From assembly GCF_001194135.2 (NCBI RefSeq), contig NC_068994.1, forward strand, positions 19,306,770-19,363,582: a stretch of 56,813 nucleotides of DNA, in the 5' to 3' direction. This stretch comes from Octopus bimaculoides (lineage: Eukaryota). Of the stretch, positions 10,847 to 22,380 are shown piece by piece. Made by a program: the position numbers and the translations under genes. Each line of letters opens with the position of its first letter. Within the stretch, counting starts at the first letter, position 1. Below the pieces are notes generated by a model. The model ran no database searches and had not been told where the DNA came from. It saw only the letters and a program-made list of their open reading frames with translations.

Positions 10847-12728
10847 TGAAGCAAAACATAAAAGTTTGAATTTCTTAAAAGAATTGAAAACAGTATGATA
10901 GTCACAGAAATTGCTACTTGCATAACTCGAAGTACATTTGGGGATGGGGCAAAGATTCAAACAGTAGGTGAATATTATGATGATAGAATGCCAAGGTTGG
11001 TGTAACAGTTACAAAAAAATATAAACATTTGTTAGAGATAGGAGAACTGTGGAGGACAGATATATTTAGCTAGAGTAAGGAAGGAAACAGCAGATATCTG
11101 AATGCGCAAAATAAAGAGACTAATGGGTGTGCAGTTCACTAAGCACACACTGATGTAAACTTATACATAGGCATAGCTTAAGAAAATAGCACTGAAATAA
11201 TAATGCAACTTTGACTACGATAGTTTTGCATTTATGGCTTTTTTTATTCATGACATATCAATTAGAACCAAATAAGATAAGGTGAGCCTTAGATAAAAAC
11301 TTCTAAACAAAGAAAATTGAATACTAATGATATTTGTGAAAAGCAATTGGATATACAGAGGGAAGATATCAATTATATCACAGCCGTTTCACACTCCTCA
11401 TTATTAACATATTTCAGTTAAGTTTATTTAGAAACAATGCCAATTTTTGTTAGAGAGGGAGCATAATGAACAAAAGTCTATCAAAATAATAACATTCAAA
11501 TTAATTTTATTGGTTACAGAGAAATGAAAGTGGGATTTGAACCAGAAAACATAACAACCAAATCAGATACCTATTTCCAATTAAATCTAGTTATCTACTG
11601 CCTTAACCATTTCCAAAAGTATGATGCAAAATACTTTTTCTAGAAAAGGTTCAGTTTTAAAAGTATGGAACTATAAAGCTTGAAATTTACCAATGAAATA
11701 TGAACAAGTAAAAGGATAATACTTTAATGAATTATCATGAATATTTATCAAGTAGGCAGGATGTTAAAAATTTGGAGGGAGAAAATCCCCCTAAACATCC
11801 TTTATAAATGAACTTGGAATTGTAATCAGTATTAGCAGTTCAGACAAATACAAACCTCATTTCAAAGGGTAATAAATAATACTATAACAAAACATGACAA
11901 CATGAACAGTAAGTAAATCCAGAGAAACCCATTTCTTATTTTCTTTCTTTTATTTTTGAGTATTCTTCAATATCTGCTCTAATGTAAGAGAGAAATTTAT
12001 GTAATCAATAATCAATCCAATTGACTTGAACTCAAAACCTGAAGAATGTTAAAAGAAAATAAAAAAAAAATAACAATCTAAATATTAAGGCAAGCAGTTC
12101 AAGGCTCATGTTGTTTAATTGTTTCTCATATAGCTGTGGCAATATATCTGATTTGAGAATTTATATATGCTGAAGGTTGGAGTAGGAGAATGAACAAGAT
12201 TCTTCAGGTACTGATAAAACCTCAAAACTTCAAAATATTTTCTATTAAATAAAATATCAGTATATCAACCAGACAAAAAGGTTAAAAAAAAAAAAAAAGT
12301 GAAGAGCTGTTTGATGAATGTTTTCAATATATTCTGTACTGATATTATGAATTGTAGAATATTTATAGGTTTGGTTTGCTTCAAGCTAGCAATATTGAAT
12401 GATGGAATTGTCAATAATTTTATTTCTAGGAAGTTGATAAGTTATGGAGTTCACTTGCCTAAAAAAGCATCTGCCATAGAAATTTTATTAATAAAGTTTA
12501 TATTTCAAGTATTTAGTTATACCTGCGATTTGTTTAAGGAAAATATGATATGAAACCAAAGAAAACTACAAGAAAACATACATATTCACAAATACATATA
12601 AAAATATATTTATATATTCATACTCTTCAACATAGTAAATCATGTAAATCAGCCAAGCAACCATAGTTGTAGCTTACAAACTCTGCAGATCATTCTGTCA
12701 CATCTGATTTTCCAAAAGAAATCAATAA

Positions 12729-12763
<35 letters not shown>

Positions 12764-13190
12764 CCAAAATGTTGACCTTTAAAAGTATACTAAATATGTT
12801 GGAAAAAATTTCAAATTACATATCAAATATATATTTCTGTAAGAAAATGGGAAATTTTCAAACAAGAAAAAATAAACCAGCATAGTATTAATGATTTATA
12901 AATTGAAATACATATGATGCATATACTAGCAAATCAGTAAATATCAGTGTAGTACGGTTGCTTTTAGAGAAATGTTGGTAAATACCATTTTGAGACAGGC
13001 TTACATCATCTTCCTGGGTGAGAGCAGTATAGAAGATAATTGTTTAAATGGTTACATATAAAGGTCAATATGTACAACCCTAGATACATGGTACACAAAG
13101 AAAATTGGGAACAAATATATCACCAAAATAATCTAAAACAGTCTTGATAGTTTAAAAAAATTTTTTTTTATCTAAATCATGAATATTTAC

Positions 13191-13290
13191 CTCGTTTTTG
13201 TATTTGGTTTGAAAGATTCTTTATGTGAATTTGTGTGTGAAACGAATTTTGTTGTATCTAGGGATATTGATATTGGTGCAAAGACTCTCC
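13191..13290 (-). CDS. Candidate 100-nt exon (RVFAPISISLDTTKFVSHTNSHKESFKPNTKT), phase 1 to 2
   Basis: Acceptor cacattgtgtcTAG, donor GAG|GTAAAT, open in one frame only. No family recognised. Confidence 0.3.
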
Positions 13291-13734
13291 CTAGACACAA
13301 TGTGAATATTTATTTATTTATCACAATATAATTACAAGGAAACAAAGAACCAGAGAAAGAAAAAAAGTGGGGGGAGGGGTAAGCAGCAGATGTGGAGGAG
13401 GGAGCAATAATCCACACACCCCAGAACAAATGGTATGCTCAGTTGCACCCTGCAGTCATGTGTGATGGTGTTGCCACAGAAAATGGCCAGTGACATTTGC
13501 TGCTGCAGCCACTCCACCTTGTGGGATGCATTTCTCAGAGTAATACCAACTCATTTCTATGCAAGGGAAGACTGAGTATCTTAAAATCTATCTCAATAGT
13601 CGCACATGGAGGTGAATTGACCACTCAAAACAACTGCACAATATGCTGATTGAAGTAATTTTGACAGGAATATGGAATTTTTCTCTTTTTTTTTTTAATT
13701 AAAAATATTTTTAATGTAAGAAAACAGATACAAT

Positions 13735-14068
13735 TAGTGGTTCTCAACTGAGATCTATATGGCACATGAGGGTACATATAAGATTTTTAGATGGTCCACA
13801 CAACAAAAATAATAAACTGGGAATCTGCATTAGAATTTTAAATGTCCCTGAAAAATTTTTGCTTTAGATGTATGTATTGGTATGTATTGAACAAAACAGT
13901 TATTCGATAGTTCAACCTATACAAGTTAATGCATGAAAAACAAAATAGGTATTTTGAAAGAAGTTTCTATAAAATTAGTTTTTAAACATAGAATGGTTTT
14001 GGGGGTCCACCAGAATAAAATGGTAACCGAAGGGGTCCATAGATAAAAAAAATGGTTGAGAACCCTTG
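13735..14068. mobile_element. hAT (Charlie-like) MITE
   Basis: Termini tagtggttctcaac ... gttgagaacccttg; its right end is the reverse complement of the left end of the copies at 31675 and 42396. Confidence 0.75.
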
Positions 14069-15222
14069 GTTTAGACTGACATATTTCTGGAGAGAGAGAA
14101 GGCAAAGTTGATCAAAGTAGGCTTTTTTAAGCCAGAAACATAAAATAAATTTTGCTCCAGATCTCTACCCAAATCTCCACTCTACTACCTTCTATGAATG
14201 ATTTCAGTTGGTATTACTATTATGAGAAAATAAATGTATCACACAAATTTGATTTTTTGACCTATACATATAATAGGAATCCTCTTCTAATTAAAATATT
14301 TCTCTATCGAGATTTCCAGTTTCCTAACAAAAAAATAAAAGCTACAACAAAGTCTCATTTTTCTCTCCACCAATATAAACAACACTCAAAAACCAGCAGG
14401 GGTTACTTAATGGAAATAAAAACAACACATAGAAGAATATGATTATCTTAAAATGAAATTAAAAAAAAAATAGAAAGAAAAATAATTGAAGGATAATTTT
14501 ACAAAAGGCTGCAATGTTTTCCTTCTTGGCTGACAATAGCTCAGTCATCAGAGGAAATTGTTTACCAACTTCCCAAAGTTGGCCTTGTACTGTGTTAATT
14601 TTGGAACAATATGGTTACTGTACATCAAAGAACAAAAGCTTCTTTACAAGAAAACTACAACGGTTTATTGCAAAATATATTTCTTTACCACTTCTTTACT
14701 TGAAATGCATGAACCTAATTAAAAGGTGGCAATGTTTATTACTGGTTATAGTGAGAAGGGAAAATATTACTATTAATAAGGTATCTTAGAATGATCTTAT
14801 TGTATACATGAACAAACACATTTTTTCTGTCTCTTGTATATGCATGTGTAGGTATACACCCACTAACATTTATTGGGGAACATTTCTGTCTACATTCAGG
14901 GAAAAGGTTTAAAGTAGAATGTTATCTAATGTATGAGTTGAAATTTCTAGAATCATAACTCTGATTTTTCACATCAACAGTTGTTCAAATAAATCATTTA
15001 TCAAATGAGCCATTTGAACATTTAGTAATGTAATAACTGAAATTTATCTCTAGCTTGTGATAAATATGAAGGCACACACATATTTCTTCATGTTTATTAT
15101 TATGCATTGTTATTTATAAAAACAGTCAAACACTAAATTAAAGGATCACTTAATACCTGTCAGTAGTGTATCATTTAATTTTTACAAGGAAAAGGCTGAC
15201 AGCTACTTTGATGTTCTTATTA

Positions 15223-15313
15223 CCCTGTGTTCTGAATTCAAGTTCTGCTGAGATTAACTTTTCCTCTCCTCCTCTCAGAGTTGATAAATTAAGTACCAGT
15301 TTTGGGCAGTTAC
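15223..15313 (+). mobile_element. SINE-A internal fragment
   Basis: gttctgaattcaagttctgctgag...gttgataaattaagtaccagt. Confidence 0.7.
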
Positions 15314-17135
15314 CTAGCAATAATATTTTTTTTTCAGGGAATTTGGAAGATTATTATTGTTACAGCTTCATGATGTCTAATATTTTAGACTAGCTTAAAA
15401 GAGAATTCTGTATGAAAAAGAGATTCGGTTTTTTTTTTTTTTCTGTTGGTTTCTGTGGTACAGATAATCTCTCTAAGGATGTGTAAGTTGTAATAGCTGC
15501 TGAAGCTGCAATAGTGTGCCAGCGAAGATGATGCATCTAACCAAGTTTTATTGAAAGAATGTGCAGCTTGTAATAGTTGCCAAAACTGCAACCATTGCAG
15601 CTATAAAACAATCTTTCATTCTGATAAAATGGGTGTTTTCGTACAGTTTCGGTAAACTTTAGACAACCTACTCTTTCATAATAGTCAAGGGTCATTTAAC
15701 TGCATGCTAAGTTATTGAAAGGAATGTACAGCACATGTCATAGCTGCTGGGGTTACAATGGCATGTGGCTGTAAAGTTGATACAACTGATAAGTGATTTG
15801 GTAGCACTATATTCACTATATTCTGCTTAGCAGGATAGGGTTGACAAAATAACATGCCAAGTGTCCTTTTTTTTTAATAATAGCTTAATTTAAGCAGAGA
15901 ATAGTTTGGGTCAGTTCATTTCTTGAACTGAGTTAGTATCGAAGAATATGCCAGTTCAATCTGAATCAAGACATTTGGTGACATACAATTTTCTAAAGCA
16001 GTAGTTGCTGCTGTGACAAGTTGACCAATGTAACTAAGGAGTGATTCTTTTTTTTTTTTCTAGCTTGTAATGTTGGACTTAAATCTTTCTCCTATATACC
16101 AGAAGCGAGAGTAAGAGCACCTGGATGTCATAAATCTTTCTCCTATAGGGCCAGAAGGCTGAGAGAAAGCATTTGAATATATCATCCTTTCATCAATCAC
16201 TTGCCAGCATGGAACATGATGATTGTTATATTATGTTAATAATATAACATTATATTATAGCATTGTTAATGATGATAGTTGTTATATTATGTCTGACTTT
16301 ATAAAGCCACCCACCTATCATCAGGAGATAAATGTAAATCTTTAAAATTTAAGAACTGTATCTTATCTCGTATTCTCTTGAACATTAATCTGTTAAGATT
16401 TTTGTAGTAGTTACCAAAGTAACCAGACATATCTTTACACTATACTGAATAACAAACCACCTAACCATCAAGAAAAAAAATCAAAACATATAAGATTGTA
16501 TAAAATCTGACTATACATCTTTCTCAATCAGTTATCAAACATTTTCCATCAGTTCACATTATTGTTATTCCTAGCATCTCTCTTTTTCCCTTTCCTTCCT
16601 CCTGCCCCTCTCTCTCTCTCTCTCTCCCATCCAGTCCCTTTTTTTCAGGTTTGATGAAATAATATCATGGTGATGACAATGTCAGTGAGGCCTCACTGAT
16701 GGCTGGAAAAAGATCCTGGCAATATCAACAGTATGCTTGAGTGTGTGTGGAGGGGGTTATGTGAGTAAATCTGATAAAGAGTGGGTGAGACAGCAAGAGG
16801 GGAGATGAAGAACATAAAATAAAAAATAAAAACATTGATAAAGAAAACAACTTTCCACCACTATTTAAAAGATCTGCTTGATAAGACAGAAACTAGAAAA
16901 TACAAATAGTAAACCATGTAAAAAAAATGTTTAAAGAATACTTAGCTGGTAAGCAGACAAGGGGCAGAAGAGAACTTCCAGAGAATTTCTGGTAGAACTT
17001 GGTAGAACATGCAAGCAAACTGACAGCTTAAATTAGAGCAGGGAACCAATCATCAGCAATGAGAGAGAAAGAGAGAGAGAGAGAAAATATAAGGGAAAAT
17101 ATAATTCAGGGTTTATCTTTATGTTTTTTTTTTAC

Positions 17136-17198
17136 CTTCTGAGAAGCATACATTGAAACCATGAGGATTTTCTATCACTTTTTAATTTGTTCTTAACT
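17136..17198 (-). CDS. Candidate 63-nt symmetric exon (VKNKLKSDRKSSWFQCMLLR), phase 2 to 2
   Basis: Acceptor atattttgcTAG, donor AAG|GTAAAA, open frame, length divisible by 3. Confidence 0.3.
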
Positions 17199-17557
17199 CT
17201 AGCAAAATATTTTGGTAATTGAAACTTTACAACATATATTCCTGATCTCTATCCTTAACATCTAATCTACTTAAATCAGTCATCAGATTCCTGTATTGAT
17301 TATCCTTGTTATTTCCTAACATCCTTTCTTTTCTCAGTCCCTTAAACATCAGTATACACATTATTATAAACTAATATAAATCCGATAATTTTTATCTTTT
17401 ATTCACATTATATAAATAAGGCTTACCTATGTGTCTCCTAAATAGTATCATTATCGTCAGCTAATAAGTTTTTTTAAAAGATAATTCAAAATAGTGTTCA
17501 TGATCACTATATACTTAATATACTTAATATCCTTAAATTTTACACCCTATCCAGAGC

Positions 17558-18395
17558 NNNNNNNNNNNNNNNNNNNNNNNNNNNNNNNNNNNNNNNNNNN
17601 NNNNNNNNNNNNNNNNNNNNNNNNNNNNNNNNNNNNNNNNNNNNNNNNNNNNNNNNNNNNNNNNNNNNNNNNNNNNNNNNNNNNNNNNNNNNNNNNNNNN
17701 NNNNNNNNNNNNNNNNNNNNNNNNNNNNNNNNNNNNNNNNNNNNNNNNNNNNNNNNNNNNNNNNNNNNNNNNNNNNNNNNNNNNNNNNNNNNNNNNNNNN
17801 NNNNNNNNNNNNNNNNNNNNNNNNNNNNNNNNNNNNNNNNNNNNNNNNNNNNNNNNNNNNNNNNNNNNNNNNNNNNNNNNNNNNNNNNNNNNNNNNNNNN
17901 NNNNNNNNNNNNNNNNNNNNNNNNNNNNNNNNNNNNNNNNNNNNNNNNNNNNNNNNNNNNNNNNNNNNNNNNNNNNNNNNNNNNNNNNNNNNNNNNNNNN
18001 NNNNNNNNNNNNNNNNNNNNNNNNNNNNNNNNNNNNNNNNNNNNNNNNNNNNNNNNNNNNNNNNNNNNNNNNNNNNNNNNNNNNNNNNNNNNNNNNNNNN
18101 NNNNNNNNNNNNNNNNNNNNNNNNNNNNNNNNNNNNNNNNNNNNNNNNNNNNNNNNNNNNNNNNNNNNNNNNNNNNNNNNNNNNNNNNNNNNNNNNNNNN
18201 NNNNNNNNNNNNNNNNNNNNNNNNNNNNNNNNNNNNNNNNNNNNNNNNNNNNNNNNNNNNNNNNNNNNNNNNNNNNNNNNNNNNNNNNNNNNNNNNNNNN
18301 NNNNNNNNNNNNNNNNNNNNNNNNNNNNNNNNNNNNNNNNNNNNNNNNNNNNNNNNNNNNNNNNNNNNNNNNNNNNNNNNNNNNNNNNNNNNNNN
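17558..18395. other. Assembly gap (N run)
   Basis: Run of n characters. Confidence 0.99.
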
Positions 18396-18430
<35 letters not shown>

Positions 18431-18655
18431 GTGCGTGTATATGTTTGTGTGTCTGTGTTTGTCCCCCACACCAACATTGCTTGACAACCGATGGTGGTGT
18501 ATTTACGTCCCCGTAGCTTAGTGGTTCAACAAAAGGGACTGTTAGAATAAGTACTAGGCTTACAAAGAATAAGTCCTGGGAACGATTTGCTCGACTAAAG
18601 GCGGTGCTCCAGCATGGCCGCAGTCAAATGACTGAAACAAGTGAAAGAATAATAA
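18396..18655 (+). mobile_element. SINE-B 3' half, starting in its internal microsatellite
   Basis: ttgtgtgtctgtgtttgtcccc...cttgacaaccgatggtggtgtatttacgtccccg...gcggtgctccagcatggccgcagtcaaatgactgaaacaag. Confidence 0.9.
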
Positions 18656-19951
18656 TAAAGTACTATCTGCAATTTGACCTTCTCACCAAAATTGCCCTTT
18701 CAATGAAAAAATTATAGAGATATTTTCCTTAACATTGAAGCTTATAATTATATATTTTTCATTTATTCTTCTGAATGTCACTCAAATTGGGGGCTAAAAG
18801 ACTTCTTCAAAGGAATTCAAGATAAGCAAAAATAGGACCTTGGTAAACTATGTGCACCGTCTGCTTTCAATTCCCAGTTATCCTTTGTCTATTAAAGGCA
18901 AGTATTAGACATTTTCTTAAAACTTTTCTTCCAGAACACACAGCAAAGTTTTTTTTTTCTTCTTTGTTTAAAGCTCCCAGTGGCACATTAGTTAAAATTT
19001 GTAGCAATTAGACACATACACACACTTTTGTTGATGTCATTGAAAACGGCATCAACTTATTTCTCTTTTGATCATGACTATGAGGTGTCTAGGAAACATA
19101 TTAATAATTACTATTTCTTCATATGTTCTTTAATATGGTTAGTACAGTCAGATGCTTCAGTATATTTGTGTTGGAAATAAGAATGCCTGTCAGCAATATC
19201 TATCTCCCACACCTAGACTGTTGAAAAAGCTCCATTGAAGGCATTGTTTGTAAAGGCTACTGAAAAAAGCAAAGAATGTACTACAATAAAACTGTTTTGT
19301 TAGAAACAGAGTATTGAGAAAGTTTAAAGCAAGAAGACATAATTGAATACATTAACTGTTATGCAAAGAACAAACTTTGAATGTGTGGTCAATAATAAAA
19401 TAAAAACTGATTATGTATTTCACCTCAGCTTTATGGTAATCAGTATATTCTTTGCTCTTCTTAAAGTATCGTATTTTCACACATACATGTATACATGCTT
19501 CTTTGGGTTTAAACAATGTATAAATGGCACCTGAAAATGATTAGCTAATAAAAAAATATATATATAGATAAAAAAATATATATATAGATAAAAGGAGTGC
19601 CAGTATAAGCGCACAAAAAAAAAAACTCTAATAAGCATAAATAACTCATCTCAAAATGCAGGTATGTAGTCAGTAGATTGTTTGTTAACCAGATTGCTAT
19701 CACAAGGATTAGCAATAAAGCAGCCTCTGTTTATGAAAGTTAAATAAGAAGTTAAGAAGTATATGTATTGTATCTTGATATAAACTAGGGTAAGAAAAAA
19801 TTATGATTTACATATGGATAAGGTATAGCCCGAAGTACCTTATGGAAGGGTTACCATTCTCTCTCTCAGAAAACTCAAGGTGAAGAACCAAATTAAGCAA
19901 GGAAGGAATTCAGTCAATTTATGATGGCCAAGTACCCAGTGTCACTTGCAG

Positions 19952-20440
19952 AGACTATATAAGCTTTGGGAAGTGGAATGTAAGGATGATGTCAGCAAAA
20001 TAACAGGAAGTGAAGGTAATGGTCTGAAGAAACATGTACATCCTGTAATATTCAGGAGATGAGAGGGAAGAAAACAGGTATGAGAGTGGTAAAGAGAAGC
20101 CAGGGATTGAAAGACAAGTTTCTGTGACAAAGGTGTCCAGGAGGTGCATATGGTGCTTGCACCTTGATTTCTGTAGAGTCATTGATAGTGCAGTGAGTGC
20201 GATTAGAGTGAGTAGAAAATTGATGATGATGAAACTGAAGTTCTTGATGAATATCAACTCGGGATACACTCCAGATATAGGTCAGGTGTTGAAGCAAAAA
20301 ATTAGGCTTTGTGTGCAATTGAGAAACCAATGAAAAATATTCATGTTTTTTTATCAGATGAGAAAACTTATTGTGGTGGTGGGAAAGCATTCATATGGAC
20401 CATGCCAGCATGGTTAATGGACATTAAATGATGATGATCA
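19952..20440 (+). pseudogene. Degenerate RTE LINE fragment (AP endonuclease N-terminal part) followed by an RTE-type (GAT)n tail
   Basis: LYISFGKWNVRMM (endonuclease domain I) and AIRVSRKLMMMKL..NINSGYTPDIG (compare S.YAPQ.G); stops and frameshifts; then catgccagcatgg...ggacattaaatgatgatg. Confidence 0.75.
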
Positions 20441-20920
20441 GCATGTGGAAAGGAGTAAGGACAGTTTTTGATGTAAGGACAACCCTTGATGGATGTGGGC
20501 AGGTATAGTTTAGAATGGAAAAAGTGAAAGAATTTTGTTGTGTCAATGGGGCTGGTTTGTTAATCAATTTTAGAAAGTAGATAAATTTGTTTACACATCA
20601 GGTGGTCCATGTTAACTGTTGATTACCTGGTGGTACATGGGTGAGAGGTAGAAACACCAAGATACAATAGTAATCCTAGGAGAGGAAGTTCAAACACAGG
20701 AATATATATTTGTTTGGTACCCGAGGTGAAAGATGGGAAGGGAACTTAGCAAATAAAATATTAACCAAACCTGAAGGTGTGGTAATTCAAAGAGGTAACA
20801 GTGAGGGAGGATCTAAGAGAGAGGCTGAGAATGATAGAGGATGATATTGTTGAACCTAAAAGTGGATGGAAGTTACTGGAACAAGAGGAAGAAGTTGTTT
20901 CCAGGGTTTGATGACCTGGA

Positions 20921-21350
20921 ATAATAATGGCAATTTTGGTACAAGGCCAGCAATTTCAAGATAAGGAGAAAGTTGATTACATTGAACCCCTGCCCCATTG
21001 TTCAATTGGCTTATCAACCATGAAAGGATGGAAAGTAAAGTTAACCTCAGCAGGATTTGAACTCAGAATGTATAGAACCAGATGAAATGCTGCTAAATGT
21101 TTTGTCCAATACTCTAACAGTTATGCCAGCTTGCTATCATTTTCAAACTTTGGTACAAGGCCAGCAGTTTTAGGGAAGGGGACAAGCCAATTACATTGAC
21201 CCCAGTGTTCAACTGTTACTTATTTTAGCGATCCTGAAAGGATGAAAGCCAATGGTGATCCCAGTGGAATTTGAACTCAGAATGTAAAGACGGGCGAAAT
21301 GCCCCTGAACATTTTGTTTGGCATGCTAACATGTCTACCAACTAACTACT

Positions 21351-21395
<45 letters not shown>

Positions 21396-21855
21396 TTTTC
21401 AAATTTTGACACAAAGCCAGCAATTTCAGGAGAGGGGATAAGTCAATTACATCAACCCCAGTACTCAACTGAGACTTATATAACTGACCTCAAGAGGGAT
21501 GAAAGGCAAAGTTAACCTTGACAGAATTTGAACTCAGAATGCCATGACGGATGAAATGCCATTAAGCATTTTGCTTGGCCTGCTAACAATTCTGCCAGTT
21601 CATGCTTTAATAATAATAATCCTTTCAATTATAGGCACAAGGCCTGAAATTTGAAGAGAGGGGGAAAGTTGATTACATTGAAAAAAATAAAAACCCACCC
21701 CCAGTACACAACTGATACTTATTTTATCAACCCTGAAAGGATGAAAGGCAAAGTTGACCTCAGTAGAATTTGAACTCAAAGTGTGAAGACAGATGAAATG
21801 TCGCTAACAATTCTGCCAGCTTAACGCCATGATAATAATATTAATAATAATAATT
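20921..21855 (-). mobile_element. Array of four head-to-tail SINE-A copies with (TAA)n spacers
   Basis: Units at about 20921-21140, 21141-21352, 21395-21610 and 21620-21830, all in the same orientation; (TAA)n at 21352-21394, ~21608-21620 and ~21832-21855. Confidence 0.9.
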
Positions 21856-22121
21856 TTTCTTTCTTGTTATATTTCATTCCATTGGTGACTAAGCTCAAAT
21901 CAAACTGAATTAGTAAACTTATGTTTACATTTTTAAACAGAGACACCAAAACACAAAGTAAACCACGGAAGTGAATAAAAAGTGAGAGTCCAGTGGGAGT
22001 CAAATCCATGAATCCCCTCTGTTGTTCCAATGTAACTACTACTACTACACTATAAACGTTCTGACAATACCAATTTCTATATTCAACACTCAATACCTCC
22101 ACAGTCAGTTTGAGCATTTAC

Positions 22122-22226
22122 CTCTGAATCTTTACACTCATATCTCCCATAAAGATTTTTTTCTTTGATTCTGACTTGGTTATGTTGGGCCAAGATTGAG
22201 ACACTTCTTTATGTGTAGGGTTAACA
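22122..22226 (-). CDS. Candidate 105-nt symmetric exon (VNPTHKEVSQSWPNITKSESKKKIFMGDMSVKIQ), phase 2 to 2
   Basis: Acceptor (ttc)50-aCAG, donor GAG|GTAAAT, 34 open codons of ordinary composition. No homologue recognised. Confidence 0.45.
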
Positions 22227-22230
22227 CTGT

Positions 22231-22380
22231 GAAGAAGAAGAAGAAGAAGAAGAAGAAGAAGAAGAAGAAGAAGAAGAAGAAGAAGAAGAAGAAGAAGAAG
22301 AAGAAGAAGAAGAAGAAGAAGAAGAAGAAGAAGAAGAAGAAGAAGAAGAAGAAGAAGAAGAAGAAGAAGAAGAAGAAGAA
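22231..22380. repeat. Perfect (GAA)50 / (TTC)50 microsatellite
   Basis: 150 nt of uninterrupted GAA. Confidence 0.97.

Noticed and set aside
14514-14789. 91-aa ORF and similar 60-100 aa ORFs throughout the window
   Set aside because: AT-driven composition (Ile/Leu/Phe/Lys), no motifs and no splice support; expected at random in this base composition.
16081-16165. Diverged ~50-bp direct duplication (aaatctttctcctata...ccagaag)
   Set aside because: Ordinary local tandem duplication, like the 20-bp one at ~19551 and the 14-bp one at ~54462.
16682-16699. Perfect 18-bp palindrome tcagtgaggcctcactga
   Set aside because: Single short occurrence, near chance expectation, and similar to an RTE-derived sequence at ~40207; no supporting context.
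16649-16730. Plus-strand exon after ccctttttttcag
   Set aside because: Stops in all three frames and a mediocre donor; no plus-strand exon chain found.
17494-18516. Long ORFs of 314-340 aa
   Set aside because: Artefacts of translating through the N gap.
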